64,000 bases of DNA from Deltaproteobacteria bacterium (GCA_021817345.1 JAKAVC010000025.1:4454-68453); one strand, 5' to 3'. Positions 27,536 through 36,924 are shown, numbered from the stretch's first letter. Numbers and translations: made by a program. Notes: generated by a model not told the origin, from the sequence alone.

Positions 27536-28388
27536 TCTCGATCACGCGTCCCTCCTTGCGGAGTTTTTTCAGATGCGAACGGACCGAGCTTGCGGCGGCC
27601 GGATGCAGGTATTCGGGAACGTCGAAGTAAATTTTTTTCACGATCTCCATTACTTCGAGTCCGCCGTTGCTCGCGAGCGTGTCCAGCACCTGGCGCTCAC
27701 GAAGTTCCCGATGGGCGATATATTCGCGGAGCTTGGCGCGGGGATTGCGGATGGCCGGACCGTGGGCCGGATAGATCGTTTCGAGGTCGAGTTCGAGAAG
27801 CCGGCGCAGCGAGTCCATGTAATCGCCCAGATCGCCCGTATCGTCGGGAATTACCGTCGTTCCCGCGCCCAGCACGACATCGCCGGTGAACAGCGCGCGT
27901 TCCTCTTCCACATAATAGCACAGATGGTCGGGCGCATGACCCGGCGTATGGATCGCGCGAAGCGTCGCGCCCTCGGTGGCTATCACCGCGCCGTCGCCGA
28001 TCGGCGTGATCGGGACCCCCGCGGCTTCATCGTGTCCCGGCCACGGCTTCTTCAAAACCTCGACCCGCCCGAACCGCTCCGCCACCTGCTTTACGCCGCC
28101 GATATGATCGACGTGCGCATGGGTCAGGACGATCCGCTCGATCGCGCCGCCGTGCGCGAGTTCGTAAAGCGCCTGGACGAGGAGGTCGATCCAGAGCGGC
28201 ACGCCCTGCCCGGTATCGAGCAGGAGCGGCCGAGGCCCCGTGCCGACCAGGTAGGTGTTGGTTCCCGGCCCGGTGAACGGCGACGGGTTGTGGCCGAGCA
28301 CGGTCGCGACCCGCGGCGAAAGGCGCGCGTAGTCCGGCAGCTTCATCCCGATCATGGAATCGGTAACGATCCGCGCGGGCTTGTCCAT
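27507..28388 (-). CDS. MBL-fold metallo-hydrolase
   Basis: LTHAHVDHIGG (HxHxDH) motif; 293 aa. Confidence 0.65.
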   Translation of the reverse strand: MDKPARIVTDSMIGMKLPDYARLSPRVATVLGHNPSPFTGPGTNTYLVGTGPRPLLLDTGQGVPLWIDLLVQALYELAHGGAIERIVLTHAHVDHIGGVKQVAERFGRVEVLKKPWPGHDEAAGVPITPIGDGAVIATEGATLRAIHTPGHAPDHLCYYVEEERALFTGDVVLGAGTTVIPDDTGDLGDYMDSLRRLLELDLETIYPAHGPAIRNPRAKLREYIAHRELRERQVLDTLASNGGLEVMEIVKKIYFDVPEYLHPAAASSVRSHLKKLRKEGRVIENESRWSLIA

Positions 28389-28404
28389 CGATCCCTCCTC
28401 GGCC

Positions 28405-29175
28405 TCAGCGGCGATTGCGCTCGAAGATGAGCCTGAGTCCCTTCAGGGTCAGGAATTCGTCAACTTCTTCGATCGTCGAGGACTCGGGCGCGATCAGGTC
28501 GGCGAGTCCGCCGGTCGCGATCACGCGCGCGTTCTCTCCGCGCTCGCGGTTGATCCGATCGACGAGGCCGTCGACCAGCGCGGTGTACCCGAAGATGAGC
28601 CCCGACTGTATCGCACCCATCGTGGTCCTGCCTACCGCCTCGCGCGGGCGCACCAGCTCGACCCGGTAAAGCTTCGCCGCGTGCTCGATAAGCGCATCCA
28701 TCGAAACGCCCAGCCCCGGCGCGATCGCGCCGCCCGCGTACTCGCCGCGTCGCGTCACGTAATCGAAGGTGGTCGCGGTGCCGAAATCCACCACGATACA
28801 GGCGCTCGCGTAGCGGTCGTAGGCGGCAACCGCGTTGACGATCCGGTCGGCGCCGACCTCCTTGGGATTCTCGTACAGGATCGGCATCCCGGTCTTGATC
28901 CCCGGCCCGACGATGAGCGGCGTGCAATGGAAGTAGCGCTCGGCCACCTGCTCCATCACGCGATTGAGCGGCGGCACCACGCAGGCAACCGCGACTCCCT
29001 CAGGTTTGAGCGGAATCGGAAGCTCCGCCGCTTGCAGCAGAGTGTTCAGCACCGCGCCGTGCTCGTCGGTAGTGCGTTCGGGGTTGGTCGAGATACGCCA
29101 GTGATGGATCAATGCGTCATCGGCGTAAATCCCGATCACGGTATGACTGTTGCCAACGTCGATTGTTACCAGCAT
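28405..29175 (-). CDS. coaX: type III pantothenate kinase
   Basis: MLVTIDVGNSHTVIG and IVVDFGTATTFD motifs (ASKHA fold, CoaX family); 256 aa. Confidence 0.8.
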   Translation of the reverse strand: MLVTIDVGNSHTVIGIYADDALIHHWRISTNPERTTDEHGAVLNTLLQAAELPIPLKPEGVAVACVVPPLNRVMEQVAERYFHCTPLIVGPGIKTGMPILYENPKEVGADRIVNAVAAYDRYASACIVVDFGTATTFDYVTRRGEYAGGAIAPGLGVSMDALIEHAAKLYRVELVRPREAVGRTTMGAIQSGLIFGYTALVDGLVDRINRERGENARVIATGGLADLIAPESSTIEEVDEFLTLKGLRLIFERNRR

Positions 29176-29286
29176 CTATCGATTTCGAAACCTGCGAAGC
29201 GCCTGCACACAGAATAGAACTTCGGCGCCCATGTAAGAAGCGGGAATAATTCCACGGATGGGCCGGCGGAGGAAGCCCCGCGCGCG

Positions 29287-29748
29287 TCAGCGGGCGCGGG
29301 AAGCCGACCGGCTCGCCGTATGGGCACGCGCGACAGGAATCGCGGGCGGTATAGTCACATAACCGGGCGCAACCGGCACCGGCGAGCCCGCAGTGCGCTG
29401 ACGCTCGTAGTCGGCCACGGTTCCGTAGTCGGTGCCGTGGCGCGAACCGGATGCGGAGCGGCTCTGCCGGCCGGCCGCCAGCTCGTCGCGCTCACCGCGA
29501 TCGCACAGCGTCGAAACCGCCTCGCGGCTGCATTGTTGCGGGATTACCAGAACCTGGCGGATACCGACCCAGTCGGCTTCGGCGATAGTGTCGGGCACTT
29601 CGGAATTGTCGGCGGCAAGGACCACTCCTACCGGTCCGACAAACGCGGCAAGCGCTATCGCGCAAACCGCAATCCACGCCGCGCTCGCGCTCGAATCAGC
29701 CTTGCCCGACAGTCCGTTCAAGCTTCGCCCCCTGCGCAGGTCAGCCAC
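29287..29748 (-). CDS. hypothetical membrane-anchored protein
   Basis: 153 aa with one N-terminal TM helix and no family recognised. It could be spurious. Confidence 0.25.
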   Translation of the reverse strand: MADLRRGRSLNGLSGKADSSASAAWIAVCAIALAAFVGPVGVVLAADNSEVPDTIAEADWVGIRQVLVIPQQCSREAVSTLCDRGERDELAAGRQSRSASGSRHGTDYGTVADYERQRTAGSPVPVAPGYVTIPPAIPVARAHTASRSASRAR

Positions 29749-29878
29749 CCCTCACCGGAAGCCTCTGGCGTTTGAGGCTAGCATCGCCCGGCCCCCCGGC
29801 CAAGAAAGCCGCGGAACCCCAAAACCGCCCTGCGCGCAAGGTTTTCAGGAGCGTATCGTCCAGCTAATATCCGTCGCC

Positions 29879-30622
29879 ATGTCTCTGAGCAAAGTTGCAC
29901 TGGTAACCGGCGCGGGGCGCGGGATCGGCCGCGATATCGCGCTCAGGCTTGCGCGCGAGGGATACGCCTGCGGACTTATCGCGCGCACCAAGTCCCAACT
30001 CGAGGAAACCGCCGAACTGATCCATAAACAGGGCGGACGCGCGCTCGTCACTCCGACCGACGTCTCGAAACGCGAACAGGTGCTCGCGTCGGTCGAGGCC
30101 GTCGAACGCGAACTCGGACCCATCTCAGTCCTGGTCAACAACGCCGGCGCGTACCTAAAGAAGCGCTTCACCGACATCACCGAGGACGAGTTCGACTTCC
30201 AGTTCAAGGTCAACTGCTACGGGCCGTTCTTTTGCACGCAGGCGGTGGTGAGCCGGATGGCCGAACATGGAGGCGGGACGGTCATCTTCGTGCTCGGCTC
30301 CGAATCGCGCGGCGGACCGGCGCAATATTCGGCCTACACTGCTTCCAAGGTCGCGCAGCGCGCGATTGCGGAATCGCTCGCCTACGAGTTCGGCCATCTG
30401 GGCATCCACGCCGCGGCGCTGGATGTTGACGGGGCGGTCGACAGCCCGCGGGTGCGCGAGGCGATGCCCGACGTGGATCCTTCGTGGTTTGTCTCGCCCG
30501 AGCGCATCTGCGAGGAGATCGTCCATCTGGTGAACCAGCCGAAAAGCTCGTGGACCTTCCAGCTCGACCTGCGCTCGTATTCGCAATGGCGTCCGCGCGT
30601 CGCGGCAAAGAAGAAGGCCTGA
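29879..30622 (+). CDS. SDR-family oxidoreductase
   Basis: VALVTGAGRGIGRDIA (TGxxxGxG), NNAG, and a YSAYTASK active site (YxxxK). Start taken at the internal ATG (MSLSKV); the ORF-track N-terminal 149 aa look non-coding. Confidence 0.7.
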   Translation: MSLSKVALVTGAGRGIGRDIALRLAREGYACGLIARTKSQLEETAELIHKQGGRALVTPTDVSKREQVLASVEAVERELGPISVLVNNAGAYLKKRFTDITEDEFDFQFKVNCYGPFFCTQAVVSRMAEHGGGTVIFVLGSESRGGPAQYSAYTASKVAQRAIAESLAYEFGHLGIHAAALDVDGAVDSPRVREAMPDVDPSWFVSPERICEEIVHLVNQPKSSWTFQLDLRSYSQWRPRVAAKKKA

Positions 30623-30772
30623 CGCGGCGTTCGCGATTTGTTAAGGCGCCGCAAGCGCTCGCGGACATCGCGCGCAGGCAAAGGGACTCGCGTGAGGTGT
30701 GGTTTTCGCTCGCGGCTGATTGTATTGTCGAAATCCCGGCCGCCCGTTAGGCGGCCGGTTACGACCCCGGGT

Positions 30773-30849
30773 CGGGGCGTGGCGCAGACTGGTAGCGCAC
30801 ACGCTTGGGGTGCGTGTGGTCGCCGGTTCAAATCCGGCCGCCCCGACCA
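30773..30849 (+). tRNA. tRNA-Pro (anticodon GGG)
   Basis: Cloverleaf folded by hand: acceptor CGGGGCG/CGCCCCG, D-arm GCGC/GCGC, anticodon stem CACGC/GCGTG, loop TTGGGGT (anticodon GGG), T-arm GCCGG-TTCAAAT-CCGGC, discriminator A, encoded CCA. Confidence 0.85.
30800..30849. repeat. attL core: 3-prime 50 nt of tRNA-Pro, directly repeated at 38599-38648
   Basis: Exact 49-nt match acgcttggggtgcgtgtggtcgccggttcaaatccggccgccccgacca at both positions. Confidence 0.75.
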
Positions 30850-30862
30850 ACAAAAAACCCTT

Positions 30863-32053
30863 TCAGTTCAAGGCTTTTTCAGGAATCGCAAAACGCGGTT
30901 CTGTCTCTATCGCGCCCGACTGTGGGGGATTTTGTGGGGACCCCGAGGCAAAATCGGCCCCTTGCGGCCGCTCCAGGGCGGCGATGGCGTCCCGCCGGGC
31001 TTGCGCCCGGATATGGGCATAGCGGGCGAGCATGCGCGGGCTGACGTGGCCCGCGAGCTGGCGGATGGTCTCTTCGCTCACCCTCGGGTTTTCCGCAAGC
31101 CGGGTCACGAAGGTGTGGCGCGCGTCATAGAGCCGGCAATCGACTCCCGCCTTGCGGCGCGCGGTATCGAAGGCGCGCTTGTAGCTGTAGGCTCCCATCG
31201 GGCGGCCGAGGTCGATTCCCCAGAGATGCGGCTTGCGGCCGTTGCCCGCGAAGCCGACGCGATGGAACGGGAACAGGTAGGCGTCCGGCCCGGCTTCCGG
31301 GAACCGCGCGAGCCAGAGAGTTAGAGCGGCGGCGGCCCGTCGCGTAAGCGGGATCACGCGGCCGGTCCCGGCTTCCGTCTTCGAGCGTCCCACGACGATT
31401 TCCCCTTCCTCAATCGCCCCGTCACGCCAGCGAAGGCTAAGATCGCAGCGCCTGAGCGCCCGTGTCTCGGCTGGCCGCAAGCCCGCGTCGAGCGACAGGA
31501 TGAAGAACGGGTAGAGCGCGGGAGACGCGCTTTGCCCGATGGCGTCGAGCAGCTTCCGTTCGTCTTCGAGCGAGAGCGCGCGGCCCGTATCGGACCGCTC
31601 CCGGAGCATCTTCACGCGATGGCCGATGCCGCCCCAAAGCCCGTAATGCTTCAGGATCGCCCGCAAGGTGGCGACTTCGCAGTTAATCTGCCGCCCGGAC
31701 AAGCCCTCGCCCTGGCGCTTGCGTTGAAGCGCGGCTATGTCGTCCGCCGTGATGTCGGAAACAAGACGGCCGCCGAATTCCCGGCTGAGCTTGCCGAGAT
31801 ACTGCCGGTAATAGGCCCGCCCGAGCGGGGTAAGGGCTGTCTTCGAGGCGAACCACTGCTCGGCCGCCAACCTGAAAAGCGGCGGGCGCTCCCGCTTCGC
31901 CAGCCCGTTAAGAGCTCGCTCCAGTTCGCGCCGGCGCGCTCGCTCCGCTTCCCGCGCGATAGTCTTCGAGCTTGTCTTAGCGCTTTCGCGGACACGCGAA
32001 CCACCAAGCACGAATTCGAACCAAAAAGTTCTGCCGCGTCGGTAAACGGCCAT
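30863..32053 (-). CDS. int: tyrosine-type site-specific integrase
   Basis: C-terminal catalytic signature YDARHTFVTRL...LAGHVSPRMLARYAH (R, HxxR, H, Y); 396 aa; adjacent to the tRNA. Confidence 0.85.
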   Translation of the reverse strand: MAVYRRGRTFWFEFVLGGSRVRESAKTSSKTIAREAERARRRELERALNGLAKRERPPLFRLAAEQWFASKTALTPLGRAYYRQYLGKLSREFGGRLVSDITADDIAALQRKRQGEGLSGRQINCEVATLRAILKHYGLWGGIGHRVKMLRERSDTGRALSLEDERKLLDAIGQSASPALYPFFILSLDAGLRPAETRALRRCDLSLRWRDGAIEEGEIVVGRSKTEAGTGRVIPLTRRAAAALTLWLARFPEAGPDAYLFPFHRVGFAGNGRKPHLWGIDLGRPMGAYSYKRAFDTARRKAGVDCRLYDARHTFVTRLAENPRVSEETIRQLAGHVSPRMLARYAHIRAQARRDAIAALERPQGADFASGSPQNPPQSGAIETEPRFAIPEKALN

Positions 32054-32057
32054 CTGC

Positions 32058-32819
32058 TTACCCTCCGTTTGATTGCTTCGTTCGCTCTCTCACTTTAGCC
32101 GCGATGGCGGCGCCCTTGGTCTTGCGCACCCAACGCACGTAGGAGGCATGGCGCCGCTTCCGCTGTTCTTCTTCCCCATGCCTCTCTCGGAAGCGCGCCT
32201 GGCGCGCGCGCTGAGAACATGCGCGAGAGCAGTAGGCTCCGCGCTTGCGGCGGACAAATGGCTTGTTGCAAGGCTTCCAGGAGCATCGCGCGAGGCGCCG
32301 CCCTTCGGCGGCCAGCACGTCGATCATCGCCATGCGGAAGATTTCGCGGGAATCGCCGCCCCATGAGGACGTGAAGCTCTGCGTGATGGCGCGCCACACT
32401 CTTCCCGCCTTGCCAACCTCGAAAACCACATGTCCGCCGCCCAGCAGCTCGGCGATAGTATGCTCGGCCTCCCGCGCGAGCACGGCCAATTCCCTTGCAC
32501 TTAGATCGTAATCGACGGTTGTCACCCTCCCCGCGGGATCATGGAGGGTCATTGCGCCATTCTGAGCATGCCCCGTGCGCAAGCTAAAGAGCGACACTTC
32601 GGCGCGCCTTTGAACCAGCGCGGCCCGATCCATGCGGGCGGGCGCGGGCGCGGACGCGAACCCGAGCAGCCACTTGAGGCGGCTCAAGTCGCTCTTTCCG
32701 ACCCGCTTCCTTGCCTCACGCTCCGTCGGAGCCCACTCGACGGCGGCTGCGCGCACAAGGCGTCTTGGGGATTCTGTCTCGAAGTTTGGCATAACGCTCA
32801 TCCGCATGATTCGAGTCAT
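32058..32819 (-). CDS. hypothetical protein with a C-terminal CxxC...CxxxC zinc-ribbon-like motif
   Basis: 253 aa with a C-terminal WKPCNKPF...CSRACSQRARQ motif, inside the island next to int. Confidence 0.35.
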   Translation of the reverse strand: MTRIMRMSVMPNFETESPRRLVRAAAVEWAPTEREARKRVGKSDLSRLKWLLGFASAPAPARMDRAALVQRRAEVSLFSLRTGHAQNGAMTLHDPAGRVTTVDYDLSARELAVLAREAEHTIAELLGGGHVVFEVGKAGRVWRAITQSFTSSWGGDSREIFRMAMIDVLAAEGRRLARCSWKPCNKPFVRRKRGAYCSRACSQRARQARFRERHGEEEQRKRRHASYVRWVRKTKGAAIAAKVRERTKQSNGG

Positions 32820-32887
32820 TACTCGCCAACACTAATTTTCTAGTTGAGCGTTGTCAAGTAGCGCTGCCGACCGCTACGCTCGTCGGC

Positions 32888-33085
32888 ATGGGAACCCTCA
32901 AATTGCTGACGATCGAGCAGGCGGCGGAGCGGCTTGGCATGAAGCCCGTAACGGTGCGAATGTGGGCTGCGACGCGGAAAATCGCGCGCTGCAAAATCGG
33001 CCGCGCGGTCCGAATCCCTGAAAGCGAAATCGAGCGGCTGATCGCCGCGTCGTTGATACCCACCGCGCCGGAGTCGCGTCGATGA
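32888..33085 (+). CDS. xis: excisionase/AlpA-family helix-turn-helix DNA-binding protein
   Basis: 65 aa; LTIEQAAERLGMKPVTVRMWAATRKIARCKIGRAVRIPESEIERLI matches the excisionase-family HTH pattern. Confidence 0.6.
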   Translation: MGTLKLLTIEQAAERLGMKPVTVRMWAATRKIARCKIGRAVRIPESEIERLIAASLIPTAPESRR

Positions 33086-34674
33086 GATCGCCCGAGATCG
33101 ACGCGACCGATGAGTTGGCCGGCGCCCGGCCGCCCGACCGCGCCGCGCTGTTGCGGGCCGAAGCCGCCCGGCTGGCGAAGCTGGATGATGTGGGCTACAT
33201 GGTCGAGCGGCGCGCCGTTGCGAAGGCGCTAGGCGTACCGGTCGGCGAGCTGGACAAGCTGGTTGACAAGGCAAAGCCGAAACCGGCCGCCGCGAAAGCC
33301 GACACACTCGCGCCGCCGCCGCCGGTGCCATGGCCCGAACCGGTCGAGCCAGCCGCCGTGCTCGATGAGCTGCGCGCCTTCATTCGGCGTTTCATCGTGC
33401 TGGACGAGCACGCCGTGACCGCGGTCGCGCTGTGGATCGCGTTCGCGCACGCCTTCGAGATCGCCGAGGTGAGCCCGCGCTTGGCCGTTCTCAGCGCGAC
33501 GAAGCGCTGCGGGAAGACGCGCTTGATCGAATTGCTTGGGCTTTTGTGTCCGAGCGCGATCGCGGCATCGAACCTGACCCCAAGCGCGATTTTCCGCACA
33601 ATCGACGCCGGCTTTTGCACGCTTCTGATCGACGAAGCCGATACTTTCACGCGCGAAAACGGCGAGCTGCGCGGCCTTCTCAACAGCGGCCACACTAAAA
33701 CCGCCGCCTATGTAATCAGAAGCGTCCCCACGGGAGAGGGTGGCAAGGAATGGACGCCGCGCCGGTTTTCAACGTGGTGTCCGATCGCAATTGCCGCTAT
33801 CGGCCGCCTGCCAGAAACGTGGCTGGACCGTGCCATCGTGATTCCAATGAAGCGCAAACTGCGCTCGCAGCCTGTCGAGCGTCTCACTCGCGCGAATCAA
33901 GCCGCGCGCGCGCAAGCAGCGGCCCTGGCATCGAAGTTGGTCCGACTTGCGCAAGACAGCCTTGAGGCGGTGCGCAATGCCACCCCAGAGCCGCCGCCCT
34001 TGGATAGCGATCGGCAGGTTGACAACTGGGAATTGCTGCTCGCGATCGCCAACCTGGGCAGCCCCGACTGGGCAAAGCGAGCCCGCGCCGCCGCCGTCGC
34101 CCTGAGCGGCAAGCAGGATGAAACGGCCGATTCGTTGCCGCTCAAGATGCTCGCGGACGTGTACTCGATCTTCGAAGCCGAGCATCTCGAATTAATTGGG
34201 TCAGCCGAGCTTTGCGAAAAGCTTGTAGCTCTGGAGCTTTCCCCTTGGAGCACGATTTCGCGCGGCAGACCCCTAACGCCAGCTCGGCTTGCTCGGCTGC
34301 TTCGACAGTTTGAAGTCTATCCTCGCAACGCCGGCAAACAGAACGGTTACGCCCGAAAAGATGTCGCGCGCGCGTATACCCCCTACCAAAGTTCCGAAGT
34401 TCATAAAACCCTTGGGAGAGTAGCACAAAACGACGATTTCAAAGTTCCATGCACTGGAACCTTGAAAACTGCGGATTGTCCTACGGAGAGAACAACTTCC
34501 GGAACTTCGGAACTTTCAAAGGGGGGGATGGACACCAATATGTCTGTTTCGGCGGCCGAGGAGGCCGAAATCGACAGGGCGTTGGCCGACGAGGGGGAGA
34601 CGTGCCCGCACGGCGACGACTCGCTGCTGTGCGGGCGATGCGAGTCCGAGGCTCAATTTGAGGAGATCGAATGA
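33082..34674 (+). CDS. DUF3631-like replication-associated protein (P-loop-like LLIDEAD segment)
   Basis: 530 aa with an LLIDEADTF Walker-B-like segment. The family is commonly found next to the primase in integrative elements. Call is by recollection of the family pattern. Confidence 0.4.
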   Translation: MRSPEIDATDELAGARPPDRAALLRAEAARLAKLDDVGYMVERRAVAKALGVPVGELDKLVDKAKPKPAAAKADTLAPPPPVPWPEPVEPAAVLDELRAFIRRFIVLDEHAVTAVALWIAFAHAFEIAEVSPRLAVLSATKRCGKTRLIELLGLLCPSAIAASNLTPSAIFRTIDAGFCTLLIDEADTFTRENGELRGLLNSGHTKTAAYVIRSVPTGEGGKEWTPRRFSTWCPIAIAAIGRLPETWLDRAIVIPMKRKLRSQPVERLTRANQAARAQAAALASKLVRLAQDSLEAVRNATPEPPPLDSDRQVDNWELLLAIANLGSPDWAKRARAAAVALSGKQDETADSLPLKMLADVYSIFEAEHLELIGSAELCEKLVALELSPWSTISRGRPLTPARLARLLRQFEVYPRNAGKQNGYARKDVARAYTPYQSSEVHKTLGRVAQNDDFKVPCTGTLKTADCPTERTTSGTSELSKGGMDTNMSVSAAEEAEIDRALADEGETCPHGDDSLLCGRCESEAQFEEIE

Positions 34675-35135
34675 CTCCGGCCGAACTGATCAACCAAGCC
34701 CAGCATTACGGCGCGCGGTTACTGATCGTGGGCGGAAAGCTCGCGGTCGCGCCGCCCGGCCGCGTACCGCCCGATCTGAAAAGCAGGCTCCGCGAACACG
34801 CGCCCGAAATTCGCGCCCTGCTGACCCAACCGTCCCCCGCCGCGCCCGAGCCGTCCGCCGCCGACCGGGCCGCTTGGGCCCGCGAGGTGACCCCCAATTC
34901 GCGCCAGCCGCTCATCCCGCCCGAGGTCCGCAGGAAGATAGAGGGCATCGAGGGCGAGGCGCGCCGCCTGGGCTGGCCAGCGGAATTGCTTTGGAGCGCC
35001 GGGTTCTGGGACTGCCCGCGCGGCCTGGCGGCCGTGCTCGATGAGGACGATCAGATCGGCGCGGTCACGCCCGACTTCATCGAGATCGTGAAAATGCGCC
35101 GCGACTTGCTGCGCTTTCAACGCCGTGCTGCTTGA
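34671..35135 (+). CDS. hypothetical island protein
   Basis: 154 aa, overlapping stop/start with its neighbours, no family recognised. Confidence 0.3.
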   Translation: MTPAELINQAQHYGARLLIVGGKLAVAPPGRVPPDLKSRLREHAPEIRALLTQPSPAAPEPSAADRAAWAREVTPNSRQPLIPPEVRRKIEGIEGEARRLGWPAELLWSAGFWDCPRGLAAVLDEDDQIGAVTPDFIEIVKMRRDLLRFQRRAA

Positions 35136-36027
35136 CCTGGACACCATGCTGGGCCGCCTTCGCGGCGTCCGCCGGGCCGGGAGCGGCTACGTCGCCTGCT
35201 GCCCCGCTCATGCCGACCAAAACCCGAGCTTGTCCATCCGCGAAGGGAAGGACCGCATCTTGCTCCATTGTCACGCCGGCTGCGATTACCGTTCCATCCT
35301 TCGCGCCCTGGAGCTGGAGCCGCAGCGGAGCGGGCCGGCAATACCCTTACCCAGTGGGGGTATTCACCCGGCCGACGATAGCGCCCGCATCGAGCACGCC
35401 CGCCGGCTCTGGCGCGAGGCGAAGCCCCTGCCCGGCACGCCCGCCGAACGCTACCTCGAAGGGCGGGGAATCTCGCTCCCGAGCTGGCCGCCGACCCTGC
35501 GCTTTCACCCGGCCTGCCCGCATCCGTCCGGCAAGCGCCTGCCCGCTCTGATTGCCGCCATCTGCCGCTATCGCGAAAGGATGCTTCGCCTTCGCGGCCT
35601 GCATCGGGTCTTCATCACGCCCGACGGCCGCAAGGCCGCCATCGAGCCGCGCAAAGCCGCGCTCGGAGCCGTGAAGGGCGCAGCCGTCTACCTTTCGCGT
35701 CCGACCGCGACGCTCGCCGTCGCCGAGGGCGTCGAGACTGCGCTCGCCACGATGCTCCTGTGCCGGCACGATCCGCGCTTCGAGGGCTGGAGCTACGCCG
35801 CCGCCGTCTCGGCTGGCAACCTGCCCGCCATCGAGCTGCCGCCCGAGGTCAAGGTCGTAATCATCGCCGCCGATAACGACGAACCGGGACGCGAGGCCGC
35901 AATCAAAGCCGCCCATCGCTTCATCCGCGAAGGGAAGGACGCCCGCATCGCGTACCCGCCCAACGCCAAGGATTTCAACGACGCTCTGCTTAACGAGCGG
36001 CGCGAAAAGGAAAGCGCCAATGGGTGA
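35125..36027 (+). CDS. DNA primase, CHC2 zinc-finger plus Toprim domain (P4-alpha-like N-terminal primase)
   Basis: CPAHADQNPSLSI...LHCHAGCD forms the CHC2 zinc finger. VAEGVETAL and IIAADNDEPGREAA form the Toprim E and DxD motifs. Confidence 0.6.
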   Translation: MLLDLDTMLGRLRGVRRAGSGYVACCPAHADQNPSLSIREGKDRILLHCHAGCDYRSILRALELEPQRSGPAIPLPSGGIHPADDSARIEHARRLWREAKPLPGTPAERYLEGRGISLPSWPPTLRFHPACPHPSGKRLPALIAAICRYRERMLRLRGLHRVFITPDGRKAAIEPRKAALGAVKGAAVYLSRPTATLAVAEGVETALATMLLCRHDPRFEGWSYAAAVSAGNLPAIELPPEVKVVIIAADNDEPGREAAIKAAHRFIREGKDARIAYPPNAKDFNDALLNERREKESANG

Positions 36028-36268
36028 CTATCCCAACAGCGGGATCATGTTCCGCGAGGACCGCAAGGACCGCCCCACCTCGCGGGATTACAAGGGCGAA
36101 GGCAATCTCGCCTGTCCGCACTGCGGTGCGCGGATCGGACTTTGGCTGTCGGGCTGGATTAAGACCGCCCGCAACGGCGCGCGGTTCCTGAGCCTCAGCT
36201 TCAAACCGAAAACCGAGCGGGCGGCCGCCAGCGCCCCGGCGCGCGATGGCGATGACATCCCCTTCTGA
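36020..36268 (+). CDS. small DUF736-like protein with a CxxC pair
   Basis: 82 aa; GIMFRED...RDYKGEG...FLSLSFKPK resembles DUF736 proteins found on ICEs and plasmids. Weak call. Confidence 0.3.
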   Translation: MGDYPNSGIMFREDRKDRPTSRDYKGEGNLACPHCGARIGLWLSGWIKTARNGARFLSLSFKPKTERAAASAPARDGDDIPF

Positions 36269-36485
36269 CTTCTCTCTCGCGCTTACCATCGTCGGCGACG
36301 TCATGGTTCGCGGCGCGGCGAGCCATCCCGGCGACGACTGGCGCGCCTACCCGCCCGCCTTCCACGTTGCGAAGGCCGAGCGGCACGTGCGGCTTTACCG
36401 CGAAGGGGACAAAAGCGAGCCGCACCTTGCGCACGCCGCCACGCGCCTGCTGATGGCCCTGGAGCTAAGCTGTGAGCGGCCTTGA
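36246..36485 (+). CDS. hypothetical small protein
   Basis: 79 aa; its 3-prime end is part of a local tandem duplication. Confidence 0.25.
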   Translation: MAMTSPSDFSLALTIVGDVMVRGAASHPGDDWRAYPPAFHVAKAERHVRLYREGDKSEPHLAHAATRLLMALELSCERP

Positions 36486-36581
36486 GCGGGCGTTCGTTAA
36501 GCTGACCGGCCATACCCCGACCCCGTACCAGTATTCGGCATGCCAGCGTACGCTTGCTAATGAGCCTGGAGTTGACCGTCT

Positions 36582-36923
36582 GTGAGCGGCCTTGAGAAGG
36601 CGTTCCTGCTCCACTTGCGCGCCGCCGGGCTGCCCGCGCCGGTCCGCGAGCATCGGTTCCACCCTTCGCGAAGATGGCGCTTCGATTGCGCGTGGCCCGA
36701 GCTGAAGCTTGCGGTCGAACTCGAAGGCGGGACATGGATTCACGGCCGCCACAACCGGGGCCGGGGCTTCGAGGCCGACTGCGAGAAGTACAACGCCGCC
36801 GCCCTGGCGGGTTGGCGCGTGCTTCGCTTCACGGCCGCGATGGTCGAATCGGGCGCGGCGCTCGAACAAGTCCGCCAAGCTTGGGCGGCCAGCACGTGCC
36901 TGGCCTTGGCGGCCGGCCATTGA
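36582..36923 (+). CDS. DUF559/Vsr-like endonuclease-domain protein
   Basis: 113 aa; HRFHPSRRWRFDCAWPELKLAVELEGGTWIHGR matches the DUF559 (very-short-patch-repair-like REase fold) pattern. Confidence 0.45.
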   Translation: MSGLEKAFLLHLRAAGLPAPVREHRFHPSRRWRFDCAWPELKLAVELEGGTWIHGRHNRGRGFEADCEKYNAAALAGWRVLRFTAAMVESGAALEQVRQAWAASTCLALAAGH

Positions 36924-36924
36924 T

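Noticed and set aside
30641-30853. ORF (70 aa, minus strand) containing the peptide AAGFEPATTRTPS overlapping tRNA-Pro. The same peptide occurs in ORF 38412..38654.
   Set aside because: This is the classic antisense translation of a tRNA T-arm and acceptor region. Both are artefacts of the tRNA and of its partial attR copy.
32073-32511. Small plus-strand ORFs (32073..32366, 32245..32511) within the island hypothetical-protein gene
   Set aside because: They overlap the longer minus-strand ORF 32058..32819 on the opposite strand and have no RBS or motif. Treated as shadow ORFs, although the long ORF is itself of modest confidence.
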